A stretch of DNA of 64,000 nt, from positions 58,180 through 122,179 of the forward strand of contig CAZHDZ010000002.1 in NCBI GenBank assembly GCA_964531275.1, given 5' to 3'. The position numbers and the translations under genes are program-made. This stretch comes from an uncultured Gammaproteobacteria bacterium (GTDB taxonomy: Bacteria > Patescibacteriota > Microgenomatia > Levybacterales > GWA1-39-11). Positions 39,654-47,436 of the stretch are shown in pieces. The first letter of the stretch is position 1. Every line of letters starts with the position of its first letter. The notes beneath the pieces were generated by a model that worked only from the letters and a program-made list of their open reading frames with translations, made no database searches and had not been told where the DNA came from.

Positions 39654-40884
39654 TTTCGTTTTGAATTTGTTTGATAAATTCTTTTATCTCGAGTTGTCCG
39701 AGATCCTTTCCTCCTCTAACTCTTACAGAAATAAATTTAGATCCGTCTTTCGACTTTTCTTCTTCCTGACCGCCTATTATACACATGTAGGGTACTTTTT
39801 GTAAAGTAGCCTCACGAATCTTGTTACCAAGTGTGTTATTTGCGTTGTCTAATTCAACTCTTATTCCCAACGATTTTAGCTCGTCATATACACTTTTTGC
39901 GTAGTCTCCGAATTTATCAGATACGGGCAAAATAGACACTTGCACTGGCGCAAGCCATACTGGAAAAGCTCCTGCGTAATGCTCTATTAAAAAAGCCATT
40001 ACACGCTCAATTGCGCCTATGGAGGATCTATGAATGACAACCGGTCTTTCTTCTTCTCCTTGCTCATTTATGTATGTTAAATTGAAGCGTTGTGGCATCA
40101 CAAAATCGTATTGAACAGTAAATGCAGTATCTTCTTTACCATTGGTATTTTTCATTTGGACGTCTATTTTCGGTCCATAAAAAGCAGCTTCATTCTCTGC
40201 CTCAACAAATTTTGCCTTACGATTTATCAGCACTTCTCTTAATGTGCTCTCTGCTTCATCCCATGAGGAGTCATCTTTAAAGTACTTCTTTTCGTCCTTT
40301 CTGTCCCCCAAAGAGAGTCTGTAATGGTAATTTTCGCCCATTTTTAGCCCAAAGGTATCAGCTATAAATTCAATGAGTGAAAGAACTGAGTCAATTTCGC
40401 TTTTTGCGTCAGCTTTGGCGGTTATTATGTGTGCATCAGCTAGGCAAAATGAGCGCACTCTTTGAAGACCCATTAATTCTCCTGACTGCTCAAAACGGTA
40501 AAGCTTTGCAAGCTCTGCATATCTGACTGGTAATTCTCTGTAGCTATGTGGTCTTGAAAGGTACAATTCGAAGTGATGCGGGCATGTCATGGGTCTGAGC
40601 ATGAACTGCTCATCTTCAATTTCAATTGGAGCGTACATCGAGTCTTTGTAGTAAGGGTAATGCCCTGATTTTTCATAGAGCTCTATTTTTGCTATGTCAG
40701 GAGTGTAGACATGCAAATAATCTCGTCTAATTTCTTCATCTACAATAAATCGCTCTAATTCTCGTCTGATAACTGAGCCCTTAGGTGTAAAAAGAGGAAG
40801 CCCCTTTCCTACTGTGTCTGAAAATGTAAATAATTCCAACTCTTTTCCGAGGCGTTTGTGGTCATTGGGTGCTAATTCATCCAT
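39637..40884 (-). CDS. thrS: Threonine-tRNA ligase, catalytic plus anticodon domains only (no TGS/editing domain)
   Basis: Starts at DHKRLGKELELF; LRPMTCPHH, AFYGPKID, HRSSIGAIER, FPVWLAPVQV. Confidence 0.95.
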   Translation of the reverse strand: MDELAPNDHKRLGKELELFTFSDTVGKGLPLFTPKGSVIRRELERFIVDEEIRRDYLHVYTPDIAKIELYEKSGHYPYYKDSMYAPIEIEDEQFMLRPMTCPHHFELYLSRPHSYRELPVRYAELAKLYRFEQSGELMGLQRVRSFCLADAHIITAKADAKSEIDSVLSLIEFIADTFGLKMGENYHYRLSLGDRKDEKKYFKDDSSWDEAESTLREVLINRKAKFVEAENEAAFYGPKIDVQMKNTNGKEDTAFTVQYDFVMPQRFNLTYINEQGEEERPVVIHRSSIGAIERVMAFLIEHYAGAFPVWLAPVQVSILPVSDKFGDYAKSVYDELKSLGIRVELDNANNTLGNKIREATLQKVPYMCIIGGQEEEKSKDGSKFISVRVRGGKDLGQLEIKEFIKQIQNEIETKQ

Positions 40885-40907
40885 TCAATTATTATACTTA
40901 AATGAAG

Positions 40908-41129
40908 CTAGAAAGGAAAGAAGGATCTATTTCTTGCCATATGCTTGGTTACTTGGACCATGAAATCGCCTACTACAGCCACAAAATCAACTTTTGAGAG
41001 GAAGAAAAATACAATAATTGCAATAATTGTGGTACCAATCCATACGCCAAATGACCACATGACACCTCCTAGGAGGTTATCAATAAGCATTCTTTTACGA
41101 GTTCTATACACTCCTTCGCTCTTTGCCAT
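40908..41129 (-). CDS. Small membrane protein (DUF5665-like)
   Basis: NLLGGVMWSFGVWIGTTII hydrophobic motif typical of this small family. Confidence 0.6.
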   Translation of the reverse strand: MAKSEGVYRTRKRMLIDNLLGGVMWSFGVWIGTTIIAIIVFFFLSKVDFVAVVGDFMVQVTKHMARNRSFFPF

Positions 41130-41137
41130 ATGAATTA

Positions 41138-41716
41138 TTATGTCTCAAAACCAAGATGAACTGCAATAGATTGCATTGCAATAAGTACTATTCCTATATA
41201 TTCTCGTTGGGTTAGGCCAAGTTTTGTCTCGCATGCTGCTATAACCGTACGGTCAACCTCTTTTGCAAATGACTTTTCCTGCATTTTTGTAATCACCATG
41301 TCAATTGCAACCATGCTCAGCTTCTTATCTTTTTGTGCAAGTCCACAAGCAACAATAAAACCGGTTAGCTCGTCGCAAGATAATAGGGCCCAGTCTAGGG
41401 CGGATTTTGGAGTAGCCCCTGTAACTTTGTAGTTGTGAGCCTTTATCGCGTACATCACCTCAGGAGGAATGGTTTTGCCCAATTTTTCCTCCAAATATAG
41501 AGTGTGTCGTAAAGGTTTATTGCGGGTTAATTCATAATCTGCGTCATGAAGGAGTCCAGCGATTGCCCAAAGCTCTTCATTTGCATAGGATTTCGTCCTT
41601 ACATTGTAGGCTCTACATATGGCTCTCATTGCAGCTTCAACGGCATAGTGATGACGTATGAGATTCTGTGTCTTGACATACACTTGAAGGGTTTGGATAG
41701 CTTCCTGACGAGTCAT
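41138..41716 (-). CDS. HD/HDIG-domain metal-dependent phosphohydrolase
   Basis: H..AVEAAMR, GLLHDADYE, AIKAH, CDELTGF. Confidence 0.85.
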   Translation of the reverse strand: MTRQEAIQTLQVYVKTQNLIRHHYAVEAAMRAICRAYNVRTKSYANEELWAIAGLLHDADYELTRNKPLRHTLYLEEKLGKTIPPEVMYAIKAHNYKVTGATPKSALDWALLSCDELTGFIVACGLAQKDKKLSMVAIDMVITKMQEKSFAKEVDRTVIAACETKLGLTQREYIGIVLIAMQSIAVHLGFET

Positions 41717-41762
41717 AAGATAAGTATATATTTATTGGTGGTTGGTGGCTAGTGAATGGTGA

Positions 41763-42125
41763 CTAGTGGTTTGTGATAAGTGGGTCGCCACTTGATACAT
41801 GAAAATGCAGATGTTTTGAATCCTGATATTTGCCTAAATTTGTTAAGATTCTAGCCTCTCCATATTCTTGTTCAACTTTTTTTGCAATCATTTCAACAAT
41901 TTTTAACAATTCCGTAATTATTTCATCATCTCCCTTATTCCTATTCGTAAATGATGGTATATGTTTTTTGGGAATTACTACAATATGAACTGGCCAAGTT
42001 GGGCGGGTATGATGAAAGGATAAAAAAGAATCGTCTTCATACTCAATCTTAAATGACTTGGTATCTTTGAGGGCAATATCACAATAAAAGTCGGCGCCGG
42101 TATATGGGGAATCTTGTGTGTTCAT
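41763..42125 (-). CDS. HIT family nucleotide hydrolase
   Basis: HIVVIPKKHI and HLHFHV histidine triad. Confidence 0.9.
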   Translation of the reverse strand: MNTQDSPYTGADFYCDIALKDTKSFKIEYEDDSFLSFHHTRPTWPVHIVVIPKKHIPSFTNRNKGDDEIITELLKIVEMIAKKVEQEYGEARILTNLGKYQDSKHLHFHVSSGDPLITNH

Positions 42126-42214
42126 AATCTATTGTGGACCCAAGAGGACTCGTTCTGCAACGCAGTGCGAAGCACAATCTGACCTAAAGTATCACGCTCA
42201 ACATGTGATTATTG

Positions 42215-42304
42215 TGGACGATACAGAATTCGAATCTGTGACCTTTACAATGTCAATGTAACGCTCTACGATTTGCAAAGCAAATTGAGTGCTCCAGCTG
42301 AGCT
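42215..42304 (-). pseudogene. Degenerate tRNA-Val(GAC) copy with a hairpin insertion in the D-loop and no 5' acceptor strand
   Basis: Minus strand AGCTCAGCTGG-[AGCACTCAATTTGCTTTGCAAATC]-GTAGAGCGTTACATTGACATTGTAAAGGTCACAGATTCGAATTCTGTATCGTCCA. Confidence 0.7.
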
Positions 42305-42309
42305 TTTTG

Positions 42310-42384
42310 TGGACCCAAGAGGACTCGAACCTCTGACCTTTACAATGTCAATGTAACGCTCTAACCAAACTGAGCTATGAGTCC
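42310..42384 (-). tRNA. tRNA-Val(GAC)
   Basis: GGACTCA...TTACA-TTGACAT-TGTAA...AGAGG-TTCGAGT-CCTCT-TGGGTCCA cloverleaf. Confidence 0.95.
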
Positions 42385-42492
42385 GTATATTCGACTCAGA
42401 AACTAAGTTTCGTGGGTCCATACGAGAATCTAATTTTAACAAATAATTGAGGCTAAGACAATCAAATGGATCATCTTACTTCTCTGAAACAA

Positions 42493-43569
42493 TTAGGCTA
42501 GTAAAAATTTCTCACAGAAAACTGCTGCTTCTACCATTTCGGAGATTTTGGCATATTCTCTTTTTGTGTGAGCATTGTAATCTCCGGTTCCGACAACAAT
42601 AGCTTCAATTCCATTAGTATGAAATATATTTACGTCAGTTCCTCCCCCACTGTCTGAGATATTTGGGGTAATACCCATTTCGACAAAAGAGCTTTTCGCT
42701 CTTTCAATAACAGTATGAGTTTCTGAAAAGCGATATGGGTCAAATTCTCTTACAATCTCCAGATCTACTTTGGCTTCTGGGTATTCCTTCATGACACTAT
42801 CAAATACATCCTGGAAATGTCTTGCATGAAGTGCTAGTTTCTCTCGATCTCTACTTCTAATTTCGGCCTTGAAATGTGCTGATTCCGGTACCGCATTTCT
42901 CGCGCTCCCCCCTTCAATAAGCCCAACATTTGCGGTTGTTTCATGGTCAATTCGCCCTAGCTGTAACTGGCTAATAATTTTGGATGCAATTTGAATTGCT
43001 GAAATGCCCTTTTCAGGTTCTGCACCTGCATGCGCGCTTCTACCTGTAATGGTTGCGTCCACTCTGTTGTATCCTGGAGCTGAGATTGTGACGTTCGTTA
43101 CTCTTTCTTCACCGTCAAATGTAAGGCCTTGTCTCGAAGTAACCATGGAATAGTCAAGATTCTTTGCTCCTAGAAGTCCAATTTCTTCAGATCGGGTAAA
43201 TACTACCTCAAGTGAGACTTCTTTTTTTTCTTCTTTTAGAGACTCGATGGCTTCAAGGATTGCAGCCACTCCTGCTTTTGGGTCTGCACCCAATACTGTT
43301 GTGCCGTCAGTATTAATAATATCTCCATTTATTACTGGTTTTATGTTATTGCCCGGCTCAACAGTGTCGATGTGAGCATTCAGCATGAAGGGTGCACCCT
43401 TTCCTTGAAACTTTGCCACAATATTGCCAAAGGAATCGGTGTCGGTTTTGCCTCCCAGGCTTTCTAGTTTTTCAATTAAAAATTTAGCCATTGCATCCTC
43501 ATTGCCTGAAGTGCTGTCTATTGAGACCATTTCCAAAAAATTCTTTATCAGTCTTTCTTTCGTTATCAT
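42493..43569 (-). CDS. M20 family metallopeptidase (peptidase T-like)
   Basis: NAHIDTV, LGADPKAG, SEEIGLLG, GRSAHAG, GGGTD, HTKRE. Confidence 0.9.
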   Translation of the reverse strand: MITKERLIKNFLEMVSIDSTSGNEDAMAKFLIEKLESLGGKTDTDSFGNIVAKFQGKGAPFMLNAHIDTVEPGNNIKPVINGDIINTDGTTVLGADPKAGVAAILEAIESLKEEKKEVSLEVVFTRSEEIGLLGAKNLDYSMVTSRQGLTFDGEERVTNVTISAPGYNRVDATITGRSAHAGAEPEKGISAIQIASKIISQLQLGRIDHETTANVGLIEGGSARNAVPESAHFKAEIRSRDREKLALHARHFQDVFDSVMKEYPEAKVDLEIVREFDPYRFSETHTVIERAKSSFVEMGITPNISDSGGGTDVNIFHTNGIEAIVVGTGDYNAHTKREYAKISEMVEAAVFCEKFLLA

Positions 43570-43577
43570 AAAATGTA

Positions 43578-44582
43578 TTATAGCGAATTTTGAATTATTG
43601 TACTAAGCTCGCCTTCAAAATGTCCTCCTCCAATATCTTTTCGTATAAGGTTAGTTGCGTGGAGTATTTCCGTAAAAGCAGCGCCATGTGGCACGTGAGA
43701 GTGTGCAAGCATACCGTCGGTTAATAAAACGCCGTCTACTAACAGAGGTTCACTATTGTGCGGATAGTAGTGCGGTGTTCTTAAGTTTTTTGACATAAGA
43801 GTAATAGCATTGCTTTCGGCAAGTGTAATAAGCGCGCCATGCCCTCTAAGATTGTTCCTTTCTTGTTCCATAAGGTTTATAAAGGTGTCTTCGCTTTGAG
43901 GAAGAACAAAAAGCGGATTGTTTTTGGGTTTAAAAAGTCCTGCTTCCGTTTCTCCGTATGTAAGACCGTATGCATCATAGTGTGCAAGTAGATAGGACGC
44001 TGCTCCATTTCGCGGATCTCCTGATCTGGCATGCTTACTGGACATATTAAGAAGGGTATTCATGCCTTCTGGGCTTATGCCTTGAGAAGCTTTATCTCCT
44101 TCACTTAGAATACGAAGCGCAGCATCAATACTGTCGTACTCGATTTCAGGTTTTGGAACGGATGGATGAAATCGGTCAAGATATCCATGCGCTACTCTTC
44201 CCAAGAATTGTGCGTTAGTCATGCCCTCTTGCACAGCTACTTCAAGCTCCTCACGAGACCTAGGGTCAATATTTGCAGCTGTATTTATGTGAATTGGGGC
44301 CATGGTTACCCATGACTCAGGTGGTTGATATCCTTTTTCTCTTATACCCTCAATAAGTTGGGCTGTTTCTGCTATGCCAGCTAGCCATCTCATTGGTACC
44401 TGACCATTTACAGAGTGGAGAGTATATATTGTTCTTTCTCCAAGACTATTTGCTTTGAGTGCCTCCCGCCATTTCTGGGCACTATCCCAGTCATACGCCA
44501 TAGTTGGCATATTTGCGTCATTAGGTTTTTCACCCAAGTAGTACTGTTCTAGGTCTAATCTGTATGTTGATAAGTGTTCCAT
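43578..44582 (-). CDS. Hypothetical protein, paralogue of 47437-49044; possible class-I aaRS/CDPS-like fold
   Basis: 334-aa ORF (ATG just after the attenuator terminator); colinear motifs shared with the 47437-49044 product. Confidence 0.75.
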   Translation of the reverse strand: MEHLSTYRLDLEQYYLGEKPNDANMPTMAYDWDSAQKWREALKANSLGERTIYTLHSVNGQVPMRWLAGIAETAQLIEGIREKGYQPPESWVTMAPIHINTAANIDPRSREELEVAVQEGMTNAQFLGRVAHGYLDRFHPSVPKPEIEYDSIDAALRILSEGDKASQGISPEGMNTLLNMSSKHARSGDPRNGAASYLLAHYDAYGLTYGETEAGLFKPKNNPLFVLPQSEDTFINLMEQERNNLRGHGALITLAESNAITLMSKNLRTPHYYPHNSEPLLVDGVLLTDGMLAHSHVPHGAAFTEILHATNLIRKDIGGGHFEGELSTIIQNSL

Positions 44583-44588
44583 AACCAC

Positions 44589-44632
44589 AAAAAAACCCCC
44601 GCTTAGGTCCCGAAATCTGGGACGCGGAGGTT
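44589..44632 (-). terminator. Attenuator terminator of the Phe/Tyr leader
   Basis: AACCTCCGC-[inner hairpin GTCCC..GGGAC]-GCGGGGGTT followed by a T run. Confidence 0.75.
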
Positions 44633-44660
44633 AAAGTTGACCAGCTCAAATCAACCCCCG

Positions 44661-44705
44661 CTAGGCGAAGGTGTAAGTAAAGTAGAATTGAGCTGTTTTT
44701 AACAT
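44661..44705 (-). CDS. Phe/Tyr-rich attenuator leader peptide MLKTAQFYFTYTFA
   Basis: ATG TTA AAA ACA GCT CAA TTC TAC TTT ACT TAC ACC TTC GCC TAG; 5 aromatic codons in 7; lies between a promoter and an antiterminator/terminator. Confidence 0.8.
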   Translation of the reverse strand: MLKTAQFYFTYTFA

Positions 44706-44712
44706 TAGATCC

Positions 44713-44740
44713 ATTATACAAAAGCGGATTGATAAATCAA
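44713..44740 (-). promoter_or_regulatory. Sigma70-type promoter for the Phe/Tyr leader
   Basis: TTGATT-N16-TATAAT, with the leader ATG 7 nt downstream. Confidence 0.65.
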
Positions 44741-45852
44741 CCTACTTTTTGGAAAATTAGTTCTTTGGATTTTTGGAGTATCTTTACTTTGTCCATATTA
44801 AGTTCTACGCCAAGACCATTTTTGCTAACAGGTACTCTTTGGCCTGCGACGTAAGGAGACATTCCGGTTGTATAATTCTGAACTTTAAGATCTGCGTCTA
44901 AATCCGAAAGAATTATATTAGGAGTAGAAACAGCAAAGTGAACGCCTGCCGCAATGCCAATTGGTCCTTCTAGCATGCATCCCACCATTACTTTCATATC
45001 TGCCTTCTCAGCCATTTCCGCAATGACTTTGGAGGGCCAGATCCCTCCTGCCTTTTGAAGCTTAATATTAATTCCATGCGCAGCCTTTTTCTTTGTTACC
45101 ACTTTTGCATCTTCTATGGTTGCGGCAGATTCATCCGCAAAAACCAGCATGCCCTCAACATTGTCTTTAACAAATTTCAACTTTGTAAGTTGACCTTTGG
45201 GACATGGTTCCTCAACCAAAATTACATTCCCAAGAATCTTATTAATACTATTTAAATCTTTAACCGCTTTTTTAGGGTCGGTAAATCCTTGATTAGCGTC
45301 AACTATATACTTCATTCTTGCTGGTGAGGCATTTTTTATTGCCCGTACTCTTTCAATATCCCCTTCTCCTTTAAGCTTTATTTTAAGAATCTTTAATTTC
45401 GGAAACTCATCAAAAATTTGACGAGTCGCTTGTGCTGTTTGGCTGAGTGTGTCATGAAGAAGAACCGTAACAGAATTGTCCACTAGGGAAGCCTTTGGTG
45501 CATACAGGGCATAGACCGGAATTTTGCGAATCTTTGCAATTAGATCATGATATGCAAAGTCGATTGCTGCTCGTAATGTTAAAGAGGTAATTTTGGTATC
45601 CAAAAAAGCATGAAGTTGTGCCAGTGAATCTGTCTCTGGATTAAGTGGTATCGTTCTTACTTTTGATACATCCTCAACTACATCATCCTGGGAGTCTCCA
45701 GTTATTGGTTTAAATGGGGCTGCTTCGCCTACTCCAGTAAACCCTTTGTGTGAAAGAGTAATAACGACTGTCTCTCGATAGTAGAAAGTGTGGAATGATA
45801 CGGAGAAAGGCTCCGGTAGTTTTGTGTTAAGAATTGATGCGCTTAGTTTCAT
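44737..45852 (-). CDS. Dipeptide epimerase (L-Ala-D/L-Glu epimerase family, enolase superfamily MLE subgroup)
   Basis: GVGEAAP, KIK, DANQG, EEP, ADES, NIKLQK, GCM, DLD motifs. Confidence 0.9.
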   Translation of the reverse strand: MKLSASILNTKLPEPFSVSFHTFYYRETVVITLSHKGFTGVGEAAPFKPITGDSQDDVVEDVSKVRTIPLNPETDSLAQLHAFLDTKITSLTLRAAIDFAYHDLIAKIRKIPVYALYAPKASLVDNSVTVLLHDTLSQTAQATRQIFDEFPKLKILKIKLKGEGDIERVRAIKNASPARMKYIVDANQGFTDPKKAVKDLNSINKILGNVILVEEPCPKGQLTKLKFVKDNVEGMLVFADESAATIEDAKVVTKKKAAHGINIKLQKAGGIWPSKVIAEMAEKADMKVMVGCMLEGPIGIAAGVHFAVSTPNIILSDLDADLKVQNYTTGMSPYVAGQRVPVSKNGLGVELNMDKVKILQKSKELIFQKVG

Positions 45853-45855
45853 GCG

Positions 45856-47397
45856 TTATTGTAATTGCAATTCTACTAAATTCGGTCGAGCATTGTCGTA
45901 AATAAATTGTGGCGTTACTTCTGCAAATGTCTCATCTTTTCTTCCAGAAAAAACCGTAGCATATATGCCCGGAAGGCCAATAAGACTTGCCTCCTTAACT
46001 GTAGTATCCCGAATTTGATCAAGTCTTTTCTGATTAATTGCTCCTCCTGCAATTATCTCGATTGCTCCTGCAGGTCTGACCGCTCTATCTGCGTTATTTC
46101 TGCTGACAATAGGAATCATGCCGGCGCTATAATTCTCAGTGCGTTGGGCTCTGACCATTTGCGCCCATTTACTATTTCCTGCTTCATCTAGTGCCTGAGA
46201 AAGGCCATCCTTCATCCTTGTTAAATAGTCTGTTTGCATGAATCCCCCATAGCAAACAAGGCCTCTAGCTAAGGCAAGTTCTGTAAATGTTACAAAGAGA
46301 TTTGGATAAATATCCTCGTTGTTAAGAGCTTGTGCAATTGCCTCGGGCTCGAATGGTAGAACAGAATCTTTTCCTGCCAGAACGAGCCCTCCACTCCTTT
46401 CTTCTAGGTGAAGACTCTCTACTTCCAGATTTGTTCTCTTGCCCCAGAAAAATTCAGTACCTTGTCTTGCATTTTGGCTATTCCAACAGCCGGGTACGCC
46501 ATCAAGACTACGATACGTTGCATCTCTTAACTCAGGATTAAAGAGGGTATTAAAGATAAGAGAATCCGGATTTTCCAGATCCTGTTTGAGTAGATCTGTT
46601 GCTACTTTTTCGATTTGCAAAAAGGACATCTCAGGCATATGTTCTGCAACATCCGGTGTAAAGAGACGCTTCCACAAATCACTATTAATAAGACTTGCTT
46701 GGTCAGAGAAGCTGTCTTGTCCTAGTACGTCATATCTCATATAAACATCATTAAGAATCTCTCTAATTACTGTCATCTCCTGCTTGCTTATTACGCCTTG
46801 TCCGAAAAGTCCCGTGAGTTTTCCATCAGTTTGTTGAATCATTTCGCTCGTCATTGGTGGCAATGCAGCAACGGGTGCGTCTCCGTATTTTCGTACGGGG
46901 AGAATATTAATTTTTACCGGGACACTTTTCATTTCACCAGTGCCAGTGTCTTGGTGTCTTTCTCGTGCAAGTTGAATTCCTAAAGGATATGTTAAATTGT
47001 TTGCAGGGAGGGCACCTCCTGCAAGTGCCACAAGAACCCCCTCAGGTTTTTTCCCAAATTGTGCCAGTACGCTTGATTGTGCTGTTATGGGGAAAAAATC
47101 ACCACCCATGTGATAAGGAGAATTAACTACGGGAGTCTCTGCTAACTGACCTGCTGCTTTAATAGCCATTTCCGTCCCGTACAGACGGCGCGTCTCATCA
47201 ACTACTGCCTCAACTGCTTCTTCTAGAGGGTGAATAGTTGGAGTACTATCACCTTCACTAAATGTTGAGGCATATTCGCCTAGCCCTTTGCCTCCTTGTT
47301 CAGACAGAACACTTGTAAGCACGGGTCTTTCTGCCTTTACGGCGTCGTACATAGCCTCTATTTTTGCTTCTTGCGGTGTAAATCTTAAATTATCCAT
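45856..47397 (-). CDS. Hypothetical protein, possibly a BshC-like Rossmann-fold ligase
   Basis: ~513 aa from the ATG at 47397; motifs VVNSPYHMGG..P, GVPGCW...GTEFFWG, IYPNLF...CYGGFMQTDYL. Confidence 0.7.
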   Translation of the reverse strand: MDNLRFTPQEAKIEAMYDAVKAERPVLTSVLSEQGGKGLGEYASTFSEGDSTPTIHPLEEAVEAVVDETRRLYGTEMAIKAAGQLAETPVVNSPYHMGGDFFPITAQSSVLAQFGKKPEGVLVALAGGALPANNLTYPLGIQLARERHQDTGTGEMKSVPVKINILPVRKYGDAPVAALPPMTSEMIQQTDGKLTGLFGQGVISKQEMTVIREILNDVYMRYDVLGQDSFSDQASLINSDLWKRLFTPDVAEHMPEMSFLQIEKVATDLLKQDLENPDSLIFNTLFNPELRDATYRSLDGVPGCWNSQNARQGTEFFWGKRTNLEVESLHLEERSGGLVLAGKDSVLPFEPEAIAQALNNEDIYPNLFVTFTELALARGLVCYGGFMQTDYLTRMKDGLSQALDEAGNSKWAQMVRAQRTENYSAGMIPIVSRNNADRAVRPAGAIEIIAGGAINQKRLDQIRDTTVKEASLIGLPGIYATVFSGRKDETFAEVTPQFIYDNARPNLVELQLQ

Positions 47398-47436
47398 AGT
47401 AGCGCAAATTATATGCAACATCTGCCCTTCGCGCAA

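Noticed and set aside
41737-41772. Short GGTGGTT/AACCACC-type heptamer runs (also 55547-55573; TTTAGGG-type at 36886-36920)
   Set aside because: Simple intergenic short tandem repeats with no support for a function.
44530-44721. Track ORFs 44530-44721, 51414-51596, 51443-51814 and 49721-49903
   Set aside because: They run across promoter, leader and terminator elements; the short leader peptides explain these regions better.
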